Below are positions 52,732 to 64,000 of a stretch of 64,000 nt of DNA, in pieces. Position 1 is the first letter of the stretch. Every line of letters starts with the position of its first letter. The stretch is from contig NGBS01000878.1 in the NCBI GenBank assembly GCA_002245135.1, positions 62,001 through 126,000 of the forward strand. Reading direction: 5' to 3'. A program made the translations under genes and the position numbers. The notes beneath the pieces are model-generated. The model did not search any database, was not told where the DNA came from, and worked only from the letters and a program-made list of their open reading frames with translations. Origin of the DNA: Proteromonas lacertae. Its lineage: Eukaryota.

Positions 52732-53528
52732 ATAAATACTTGATTAGTTTTTAATAACCGACCAATAAAATGAATCGTTATCCTATTAAAGAACAGACAT
52801 TAGAATTATAGAAGAACATCTATAGATAATTAAAATTGGATAAGGAATTCATAGATGAATTAATATTATGTAGGTATTCTGATAATATTGTAACCATTTG
52901 ACAAACAAAAAATCATAACAATATCTTATCAACAAAGCAATTATCTAGATATTTTTACTCTAATTGTAATTTTATCATTTTGCACATCACAATTTAGAAT
53001 GGCAACCACATCTATAAAAAATATAGGATTGGACTAAATTTAGAAAAAGTAAAGGTATTAAAATAATAAAAAATCATTATAACATTAGAATAATCCTCAC
53101 TATTAAACATAGGATGGCCATTCTTAAAACATAATCACTTTTTTATTTATAATGCTAATATATATAAATACTCTTCATTATTGTGCATATAAACCTCTAT
53201 GTAAGATATCCTGTAATCTCAAAAACTATAATGTCCATATCAGAGTAAAATCATCACAATTAATCATCATTCCGAAAATAGTAGTTTATATTGCACGATA
53301 ATGCGATTAAACAGCATAATTTCATTTCATTTCTCTCTAAAATTGAAAAATGATTTTTATGTTTGTATCGAGCCAAGCTTTCAGTAAAAAAATCATTTTA
53401 ATTTTTGGCTGAAATATAATGATATTGTTCCTATATGGAGTGGAATAGAATTAAATTATTCAAGATAAACAAATAAATAGAGAGAAATAAAAAAAATATA
53501 TAAAGACAAATTCATTTAGGTTTTACTT

Positions 53529-54511
53529 TTACAAAAAGTATTCTGGATTAGGTTGTTTTGTAGGAATGCCCCTCTCTTCTTGAGGTGCAGCGTTGAATTC
53601 TTTGAAGTTATATGTAGTTGTATCACTAATTTCCATAATAGCAGCTATATTACCACATCTGTAACAATAATTTGGTGCGGACCAAACTGTTACTAACTGT
53701 TTATCATACATCCATTTATATCCCTCCATAACTAACTGATGTGCTCTACATATCACACCTATACTATTTGCATAATTAAATTCTTTTACTTGATTTGCAC
53801 CAAATACATATCCAGCTCCTCGTGGACTGATATCCCATGTATCAATAATTTCAGGATCTGACCATAATAAATCACACATCGCTCCTTCATGTGGCACTTC
53901 TTGTTTTCTATTGATTGTACGTATTTGATCTAATGATTTTATTGAGGGTGATAATCCACCATGAACGCAGAATAATGTATTATCGATTAGAGCAGAAAGT
54001 GATAAATAGTCGAAAACATCTGTACAATAACGCCATACATTGACTGAACCAAACTTTCTCAAACACTCATCGTAGAAACCATAAACTTGAGTGATTTGTC
54101 TAGTTTCATGATTGCCACGAAGAAGTATTATTCTGTCTGGATATCTTACTTTTAGTGCTAGAAGCAATAAAAATGTTTCTACACTATAAAAGCCACGATC
54201 TACAAAATCACCAAGAAATAAATAATTTGTTTTTGGACATCTATCACCTTTTCTAAATAACTCTAATAAATCATAAAATTGACCATGTATATCTCCACAT
54301 ACCTAAGAAAAATACATATAAACACGATTTAATACAGTTACAGGTGATCTTACACTCTCAACATTGCTTTCTTCTATGAATATATCCCTTGCTTTAGCGC
54401 ATAGATCTCGAACTTCTATTTCTGTTATACATTTACAATTATAAAGCTATGCAAATGATAGATGATTAATACAGTATCTATTTGTCTATCCAAATCACTT
54501 TTATCGGCCAT
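53529..54511 (-). CDS. PPP4C: Serine/threonine protein phosphatase 4 catalytic subunit
   Basis: [39 protein letters not shown] and C-terminal YFL. Confidence 0.88.
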
Positions 54512-54708
54512 CTTCTCACGAATAAGATAAAAATGACAATATCAATTTAAAATTGAGGTTTGAGAAACGAGCCAGATTGGATTTTTTGATTTCTACACTA
54601 CAAAACAACACAATTTAAAGTTAAATCCTTTATATCATTTAAAGAACATAATAATAATAATTATATTGATTGAAATATATACAGGAAAAAGTGTAATATT
54701 TGTATAAT

Positions 54709-56801
54709 CTACCAAGCATCATTAAAAGTAGAAGCATTACGACTATTATTTCTAAAACTTCCACCATCACTCGAACGATTGTTATAAGAAGATGAACTGT
54801 TATTATGATAACTGTTATTAGATCTATCATTTCTAAATCCACCACTACCACTCATGCTACTACCAGCTGCATTATAACTATGCATATTACTACCTCCTCC
54901 TCCACTACTACCACCTCCTCTTCTATTGTTATTATTACTACGATAATCTCTACCACCAAATCTATTACCACCACCTCCACCACGATTATATCGATTATTA
55001 TATCTTCCACCACCACTGTTACTACCACTATTACCATAAGAACTAGCATTCTCTAAGAAATCAGGAATCTCTTGCTCATTCTCTATTAATCTATCTATTA
55101 AATCAGTTGTAATATTTCTATTATTATCATTATAATAAGATATAGCATGACCTTCATTTCCAGCTCTTCCAGTCCTTCCAATTCTATGAACATAATCTTC
55201 AATATTACTAGGTAAATCGTAATTAATAACATATTGTACATCTGGAATATCTAAACCTCTTGAAGCTACATCAGTTGCTACTAATATTGGAATAATTCCC
55301 TTTCTAAATCCATCTAAAGCTATATCACGATCTTCTTGAGATCTATCACCATGAATAGAGGCACAACCAATATTTTGAACATTTAATTCATTCTGTAATA
55401 TATCAGCTTGTCGCTTTGTATCTACAAATACCAATATTCTTTCATCAGGATGTTCTCTAATAAAGTGAGATAAGAATGCTTGTTTCTCATTCTCTGGTAC
55501 ATATAATACTGACTGTACAATATCAGAAGCAGCAGCACCTACTCGTCCAATAGCTAAAAATAAATAGTCTTTGAGAAAATCACTAGCTAATTCTTGTATC
55601 TCTTTAGGGAATGTTGCACTAAACATTGATGTTTGTCTATCTTTAGGCATATCAGAATCATCGACAATTTGTCTGATTTGTGGTTCAAATCCCATATTCA
55701 ACATCTTATCTGCTTCGTCTAATATTAGATATTTGATTCCATTAAAGGATACTTTACCACGTTGATAGAAATCAACTAATCTTCCAGGAGTACCAACTAA
55801 TATATCAGCACCTCTTTCTACTTCACGTAATTGATCTTTAAAGGGTACACCTCCGTAGACTACTACTGGATAGATACCTGTCTTGAAACAAAACTATAAA
55901 AAAATAAAAAATGAATAAAAAAAAAAGAATAGAGAGAAAAAAAATCAATATATTGATATATATATACCTTTTCTGCTTCTTTGTAAATCTGTTCTGCTAA
56001 CTCTCTAGTAGGTGCTAATATTAATCCAGTTGGATATATTCTATGATCTGGTGGAGTTCTATATCTAGGACCTGATTTTAACATCGATATAATTAGTGGA
56101 AATAAAAATCCACCTGTTTTACCAGATCCTGTTTGAGCACAAGCCATTAAATCTCGATTGGCTAAACCAATGGGGATGGAAAACTTCTGTACTGGAGTTG
56201 GTCGTGTAAAGTGTGAACGAGTAACATTATCCATTAATGATGTTGGAATTGTTTCTGGTAGAAATTCCAAAATTGGCTCTGGAGGAGAATTGCCACTTAA
56301 ATCTACAGGTATTTCATCAAACTATTTATAATGAATATGTAAAATTATTAATATACTCTGTCAAAATTAATACCTTGCGTTACAACATCTCCTGATTCAA
56401 ATAATTGTCTTTCCATAACCACTGGAGGATTAAAATTGCCATGATATCCTAAATTATTGGCACGAGGACGAAATGAACGATAAGAGGAGTAACCTGAACT
56501 TCTAGTACTTCTGGGTGTTCCACCAGTTGGACTAGGTGTTGGTGGTTCTGATGACCATCTACTGTTTCCATAATTTGTAGGGAAGTTGAGATTGTTAGGT
56601 TTACCATAGGAAGTTGGAGCTTCTCTTCTACCATAATATGGACGAGGAGATGGATTTGATGGAGGTGCATCGGATGGATTTCCACGCTTATGTGGTGGAA
56701 CGTATCGGCCTATAATTGTATTAAATATATGATCAGTTTAATGAATTGCTGAAGAATATCAAATCAACATTTAAAAGATATATACCTGATGAGGAACTCA
56801 T
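54709..56801 (-). CDS. DDX3: DEAD-box RNA helicase DDX3/Ded1
   Basis: RYVPPH N-terminus, RDLMACAQTGSGKT, LDEAD, HRIGRTGRAG and an RGG-rich tail. Confidence 0.93.
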
Positions 56802-56887
56802 AATTTCAAAATGCAAAGAATAAGCTTGATTTGAAAACTTGTGCTTGATTAAAATCAAACAAACAAGTTTGATTCAAAAATTTAAAA

Positions 56888-58839
56888 ATGTTAAGGGATT
56901 TAGATAGAATACGACAACTTGAGGAAGAAAATGGTTATTTGATCAAACAGAATAACCTGAAAGACAGAGAAATAAGGAATTTACTAGTATTTTAAGCAAG
57001 TTTTATTTAATTAGAAAGACTGTGGATGTAAACCAAATGATAGATTATTAGAAGATGTAGCAGACAGTTCACTAACTCCAAAGCCATGGTGTGAAATAGT
57101 AGAAAAAGCTGATGCAATTTATACTCCATTATTAGAAGCATATGATTATCAAATGGATAAATACCGTCAAACAATTGAAATGCATATAACAAAAACAAAA
57201 ATATATCTAGAACAAATAGAAAAACAGAAAAAACAAATTAAAGAATTACAGGATGAGAATGTAGAACTAACAACCAAAGCTCTTTCAAATGCAAGAGAAA
57301 TGAATCCACAAACATTTACAGATGATTATACAAGTAAACTAGAATCACAGCTTCAAGAATCAAAAGAATCTTATGTTGAGTTATATGAAGAAAATGTCCA
57401 TAATAAACAAGAAATACAGCAATTAAATGCAAAAATACAAGACCAATATGACAAAATTGTACAATTTACACAAGTACTACAGAAAGCAGAAGATAAATAC
57501 ATTCAATTACAGCAGGAAAGAGATTATTATAAGAAATTTAGAGATTCAGTATAAATAACTATAATATATTTTTATATAGAGTATAACAGAAAGTGAAAAG
57601 TTACAAACCAAAATTGAAGAATTGAAACAAACAAAGAATTTATTAATTAAAGAGCACACAAGGCTGAAAACAGAATTAGCAGAATCAAAATCTAATGAAA
57701 TGAATATAACTGAAGAATGTGATGGATTATTAAAACAATATAATGATCTAAAATTAGCCTATGATGAATCAAACCGTAAATTAGAAGACAATAAAAGTGA
57801 ATTTGATAAATTATCATTAGAATTAGAAAATGTAAGAAAAGAATGGAATATGAATAACGAAGCAATGAGAGTGTTACGATTCAAATCAGATAATCAAGAG
57901 AAAGAAATAAAGAAGTTACAAAATGACTACAATAATATAAAAGAAGAGAATGATCAATTACAGGTAGAAATAAATAGAAAAGGAGTATTTTTTTTATTAT
58001 ATTACTTAAATAGTTGAGTGAAAAATCATTAAGGAATAGTATAGATTGTAAAGAAAAACAGTATGAAAGAGAAAAAATAGAATTAGAAACCAAAATGGAA
58101 CAAGAATATAAAAGGATGGAAGATAATTATTTATCAGTAATAAAAGAGATCAGGGAACAGTTGCAGAATAAGATGGATAATAATAAAGACCAATTCCATA
58201 AAGATATGTCAAATAGAATGAATGAAATATATAGTGAATGGAATAATACAAAGAATATATATCAGAAGAAATATGATGATATTAATAAAGAATATAGAAC
58301 TTTGAAGATGCAATTTGATTCAATTGTATAGATATTTCATATTTATATTTGTATAGAAAAGAAAAGCTGAAGCATTAGAAAAAGACTATAAAATATCAGA
58401 AGATCAGAAATATAATTTAAATAAACAAATCAACAGTTTAAAAGAAGAAAATCGATTATTAAGAAATCAATACAATGAATTGAAGCTTTCAATTGACAAG
58501 GCAAATGCAGTGATTGTTGATAAAGACAATATAGAAAATAATTATAAAATGCTAAGACATGATTATGATTTATTATTACACAAAATGGATAGTTTGAATA
58601 GAATGAAGATGGAAAATGAAAAAGATTTGAATTATAAGTTGGAGAAGTGCAATGAATTGAATAAAATATTTCAAGCGAAGAATAATGAATTGATTAAGAA
58701 TATATCTATAATGCAAAGACAATTGAATGATTTGAAGAAAGAGAATATGTTGAATCAAATCAAAACTGATATATTAGGATTTAATAAAGAGAATTTTAAT
58801 GATGAAAATGTGTTAGACAATTCTTCTGAATCTTTGTAG
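56888..58839 (+). CDS. Long coiled-coil protein (weak resemblance to CEP89 PLLxAY motif)
   Basis: Heptad-rich exons joined by small introns; YTPLLEAYD. Confidence 0.65.
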
Positions 58840-58987
58840 TTAATATAAATTTATTTTTTATTTTTTGATGTATATTTTGAATTTTGTGTTATAAAGTGAT
58901 ATAGATGTTTATTTCTGTTTATTTAAGGAAAAATAGTAAATTTGAAACGACTATATTTATATTAATTCAAAATCATTTCTTTAAGAA

Positions 58988-61559
58988 ATGTCATTTATCT
59001 TGAGAATAAGCGAGAATAAAGGAGATCTTGGTCTTCCTATGGCTATTTGTGCTTTAGCTAAAGCTGAAGAATCTAACGTTTCAATTATTGTTGCTAAATC
59101 TGAAGGTATTTGATATTGAGTAATGTCATTCCATAGACGCAGTGGTTCCATGCATACAAGTATTGGATGAAGAAATAACTGAACCACTTGCTATGTGTCA
59201 AGCTGTTAGTAAAAAACTATCTCTTGCTGAGAATAATATTGATGCATTTAATTTTGCTACAGTATTTTATTTTTCATCATAAATATGTATAGACTAAATT
59301 ATATCCCCATTCTAAAGCAGTATTTGAAATTGTGTCAAAAGGAGTAAAAGATGAAAATGATAAATCACCAGACGATATAAAACAAGCATTTAAAGCATTT
59401 AAAGATGATTTAACTGAATTAAATGAGATAATTGCAAAATCTGCAAATCCATTTTTAGGCGGTACGCAGTTATGTTTAGCCGATTTCTTAATTGGTGGAT
59501 TATTATTCATTGGAGTATGTCCAAAATCATTCACTTTAATGCCACCTTCAACTATCTAAACAATTTGGCCAAGTTATGAAGTATGTGAAAGCAGTCACAT
59601 CATCAGCAACATTAGAAGGTAAATCTGATAAGAAAAACGCATATTTCATCTTAGCCAACAACATGATTAAAGATTGTTACAATTCAATGAAAACAAAGGT
59701 AGATTTTTCAACAGTAGCTCAAAAGGGAGGTAAGAAAGAAGTTACAAAAGAAAATGAAGTAAAAGAAGTACCCAGACGTTCTAGACCACCATTAGCAAAA
59801 GTAGGAATACCTGAAAAAGGAAAGAGAAATATTTTAATCACTTCTGCCTTACCTTATGTCAACAATATTCCACATCTAGGTAATATCATAGGTAGTGTAT
59901 TATCAGCAGATGTATATGCAAGATATTGTAGACAAAGAGGTTATAATACATTGTTTATATGTGGTACAGATGAATATGGAACAGCAACTGAGACAAAGGC
60001 AAAAGAAGAAGGTTTAACTCCACGACAGATATGTAATAAATACCATGATATTCATGATGCAGTGTATAAATGGTTTGATATTAGTTTTGATCAGTTTGGA
60101 AGAACATCATGTGATGATCCAAAGACTAATAAAGAATGGCCTCAAGTATATATATATATATATATATATTTATTTATTATAGACTGTTATTGCTCAAGAT
60201 ATCTTTACCAACCTCCACAAGAATGATTTCCTAGTGGAAGATCAAATCGATCAAGTTTACTGTTTAGATTGTAACACCTTCTTAGCTGATAGATTCATTG
60301 AAGGAACTTGTCCAAAATGTGGTTATACTGATGCAAGAGGAGATCAATGTGATAAATGTACTACTTTATTAAACGCTACTGAAATTATCGATCCAAAATG
60401 TAAAACCAATAAAGAGCATAAAGTAGAAGTAAGAAAGAGTGAACATGTATTTTTAAACCTTCCAAAGTTAAGTAATGAGTTAGTTGAATGGTTTAATAAG
60501 AGCAGTGAAGATGGAAAATGGACTTCCAATGCTAAATCAATCACCAAAGGTTGGATTGAAAGTGGATTACAAAAGAGATGTATAACAAGAGATTTAAAAT
60601 GGGGAACTCCAGTTCCACTTGATAAATACAAAGATAAAGTATTCTACGTATGGTTTGATGCTCCAATTGGATATTTATCAATTACAGCAAATTATACTAA
60701 AGATTGGGAAAAGTGGTGGAAAAATCCAGAAGATGTAAAGTTAACTCAATTTATGGGTAAAGATAACTGTCCATTCCATTCAGTTATTTTCCCTTCTACT
60801 TTATTAGGAACAAGAGAAAACTGGACTTTAGTTAATAAGATAAGTTGTACTGAATATTTGAACTATGAAGGAGATAAATTCAGTAAAAGTCGTGGTAAAG
60901 GTGTATTTGGTAATAATGCAAAAGATACAAATATACCAAGTGAAATATGGAGATATTATTTATTAAGTATTAGACCAGAAACATCTGATTCTATGTTTTA
61001 TTGGGATGATTTTGCTGATAGAAATAACAATGAATTATTGAAGAATATTGGTAATTTCATTAATAGAACATTAGCATTTGCTTATAATAAAATGGATAAA
61101 AAAGTACCAAAATGTTCAGTATGTGAAGAAAGAGAGGATGAATTAATGAAGAATGTAAATGAACAATTGAGTTTATATATTAGTAATATGGAAGATTGTC
61201 AATTAAAGAATGGTTTAAAGATTGTTATGGATATTTCACGTTTAGGTAATCAATATCTACAAGATAGAGAGCCATGGAGTATTATTAAAACTAATAAACC
61301 ATTAAGTGAAAGTGTAGTTCATATTTCTATTGAATTAGTGAGATTACTAGCTGCTATTATTGAACCATTTATGCCTGGTTTTAGTGATAAGATATTCTAT
61401 CAATTGAATATGGATCATATTGATATTCCTACTGAATTTACTATTAATAATGTTGAAGAAAACCATCCATTACCATATGAACCAATTCCTATATTTAGAA
61501 ATATGACTGTTGAAGAGATTGAAGGTTATAAGAAGAAATTCTCTGGTGATCAAGTATAA
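58988..61559 (+). CDS. MARS: Cytosolic methionyl-tRNA synthetase with an N-terminal GST-like domain
   Basis: [16 protein letters not shown], zinc knuckles, [10 protein letters not shown] and KFSKS. +1 break between 59538 and 59557. Confidence 0.95.
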
Positions 61560-61707
61560 ACAACAATATAATTGATGATTATATTTCATTCTTTTGCTTT
61601 TCTTTTTTTTGTGTGTATTTTTTTTTCATTTTTAAAACACAAAAACACAATTACTTATATGAAAAAAAGAATTTTAGAAATTTAAATTAGTTTTCTTCTT
61701 AATTAAT

Positions 61708-62969
61708 TTATAATAAGAAAACAACAAACATCAATACAACTGCCATTATTGGAACTACAACCACACTTCCACTTGGTTCTGGTGTTGGTTTTGAATCATC
61801 GTAATTCTTATCAATTCTCTTCATTTGTTGTACAATTGTATCTAATTTATCAGAATTGAATGGTGATTCTTTGGCAGTTGCTGGATTAAATGTTGCTAAA
61901 CTTCCTTCATATACTTTCTTTGATGATTCATCAATCTTATAGAATTGAAGTTTCTCTTCATCAGATAGATATTCATTTAAATATTTCTTGAATTTTGGAC
62001 AAGTTTGTTCCAATTCACTATTTCATTAATATTAAATAATATATTTATACGATTCACGATATTCTTGATTAGCTGTTAATTTACATCCTAATAATCTAAA
62101 TAATGTTGTAGCTGCAGATGAGAATGTGAAAATAGAAGATTTATCAACTATTTTATCTAACTTGATTATTGTTTCATTATCTATATATTATTATTATAAA
62201 ATATATCAACAAATATACTGTTATTTTGTCTTGTAATATCATATCTTAACAAACCATTAAATAAATCTGTATTTCCTGTTTTACCATTTACTTGAAAATA
62301 TGTTCTTGAATCAGAAATATATATGAAAACATCAGCAACAAATACTTCAACATCTCTACTAAGACTTCCAGTTATACCTTCATCTTTTGCAATTGGATGA
62401 GATGATGGATTGTAATATAATTTAATTTGATTATTAGCATCATCTAAAGACACTAATTCCATTGAAGCACCATCTGGATATAAACTATTCACTATTTTAT
62501 TATCCTCATTTACATAAAATGAAAGATTATCGTTTACTGCTAATCGATCTAATTGCTTATAAATATAATCACATGCTAAAGATAAACCACCTTTGTCTAT
62601 ATTATCAATTTTATATTTTAAATCTTTTAATGAACAACCTTTTTCTTTGTTGTAGTATAATATATCACTTGGAGTGAATGATATAAATGAATCATCTGGT
62701 TTAAAGGAGGAGATTTTCACATCAGTTTGATCATTTCCATTATTTCTTTCAATTTTGTAATGATATGATAGTTTATATTTATTATCTTTATCTCCACTGA
62801 AATACACGACATAATAATTTGAATCGGAAAGAAATTCTGATCTTCCACTTTTAGCATCTTCTAAGGGAACACCACCTTGCTTATCAGAAAGTGCATACTT
62901 CTTATCATCACATAGACATTGGTTAAATACTAATACAATTAACAAGATAAATGATAAATAGGATTTCAT
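61708..62969 (-). CDS. Predicted surface/membrane protein (signal peptide, C-terminal hydrophobic tail)
   Basis: Start MKSYLSFILLIVLVFNQCLC, end PTPEPSGSVVVVPIMAVVLMFVVFLL. Two small introns. Confidence 0.7.
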
Positions 62970-63739
62970 TGTTTTTATTATTTTTTGTGAATTATTTTTT
63001 GTTAAGAAATGTTATAATGATATATATCCTTATTTCAGTTGCATGAAGATATATGGATATGATGGATATCACTGAATGGGACGAAGCGAAGGAAGTAAAG
63101 CTATATTCACATCTGATTCGCTATCACATCCACCAATATAGATATTTGATATTTATTCAGTCCTTTGTAAACATTTCCAATACTCATTCTCACCAAATAC
63201 AAACTATTAATAAAGATTTCGTCTTTGTACTTTATTTAAATAAATATTATTAGTCATGATACCATATAGAAAGCGACTTTGTTTGTATTATACAACAAAT
63301 TTGTATTATATTAGAGAAAAATGAAATTGAAAAATAATTCAAAAATTTGATTCGTTTCGGAGTTTTCAAACATGTTTGAGTCTTGTTTTTTGATTTTTCA
63401 AAAATGTAGTTCATATTTCCAAAATACATAATAGTTATAATATACCAATAAGACTAATAATCATTAATATAACAATATATAATTATATAATATTAAAGGA
63501 TTCTTTTGATAATTCTATCTTTTCTTTTTTAGATATTCCTTCTATCTTTATTCTTCCAATTGATGAGAATGTTTGTAAAAATGATTTTAAATCAGGTTTA
63601 TTAATATTTTCTTTTAATATCTTTGTGAATATATACAAACTCTCAAAAATTTCTCTGTTATCTTTCAAATGAGATATTATACATCAATTTTATGTTTTTA
63701 TTTTAATGAAAAAAACATAGTTATTCATCCATCAATTAA

Positions 63740-64000
63740 TTAAAAATGATGTTTTCTTCCTCCACGAATGTGAGTTTTTTCACTTCTTCTTTCCTTGTGA
63801 TCATCATCATCATCATCATGGTGATGACGATGATGCTTTTCTTCATTATGGTGTTTACCAAACATTTTCCCATCAAATCTTTTACCAAATTGTCTTTTCA
63901 CATCCATTTCGCCATTATTTGGACAAGCTTTATGACTATACATATCATAATATTTACCACTATGTTCTTTACAAATTTCAGGTTTATCTTCTTCAATCTC
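63740..64000 (-). CDS. 3' end of a gene with a His/Asp-rich tail (partial)
   Basis: Open frame runs to the window edge; KHHRHHHDDDDDDHK. Confidence 0.5.
   Translation of the reverse strand, partial: EIEEDKPEICKEHSGKYYDMYSHKACPNNGEMDVKRQFGKRFDGKMFGKHHNEEKHHRHHHDDDDDDHKERRSEKTHIRGGRKHHF

Larger units (their letters stand above)
46883..53410 (-). repeat. Right arm of the large inverted duplication
   Basis: Reverse complement of about 23890-30426, with the same three genes in mirrored order. Confidence 0.92.

Noticed and set aside
23890..53410. Whole inverted-repeat unit as an intact Polinton or giant transposon
   Set aside because: The spacer contains ordinary intron-rich housekeeping genes. 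There is no integrase, ATPase, capsid or polymerase core, and the outer ends fade out with no sharp termini or target-site duplication.
56710..56785. snoRNA in the 76-nt first intron of DDX3
   Set aside because: Only an imperfect box C (TGTTGA) and a CTGA, very close together, with no recognisable guide.
8259..61708. Blastocystis-type stop codons created by polyadenylation
   Set aside because: The gene ends examined all have genomic stop codons. TGTT-rich tracts follow several stops, but no stop-less gene could be shown without cDNA.
63040..63668. Small ORFs at 63053 and 63483
   Set aside because: No recognisable motifs or consistent exon chain; possibly degraded gene fragments.

Overview
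Very AT-rich, gene-dense eukaryotic nuclear DNA with many tiny (mostly 26-40 nt) GT-AG introns and divergent gene pairs whose ATGs are only 49-140 bp apart. This fits a Blastocystis-like stramenopile protist (inference). About 30 genes can be read, including an alpha-2-macroglobulin, a PHD/chromo/degenerate-SNF2 protein, EPT/CPT, lumazine synthase, a GNAT, VHS-GAT, HAUS5, TMX, an amino-acid transporter, CDK, PIG-F, an RRM protein, a GT41 glycosyltransferase, TBC1D22, PP4, DDX3 and MetRS. Main highlights: (1) four AT-AC minor-class introns, three of them needed to restore reading frames, with a divergent 5' site (ATATCA/ATATCT) and about twice the usual intron length; (2) a ~6 kb inverted duplication (about 23.9-30.4 kb and 46.9-53.4 kb) around a 16.5 kb spacer, with mosaic identity, a diversifying surface-protein pair and an intronless ORF resembling the N-terminal region of Polinton/Maverick DNA polymerase B, apparently under purifying selection; (3) a tRNA-Leu(UAA) inside a protein-gene intron; (4) repeated +1 frame breaks, even in MetRS, most likely consensus errors. 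Exon boundaries were derived by hand.
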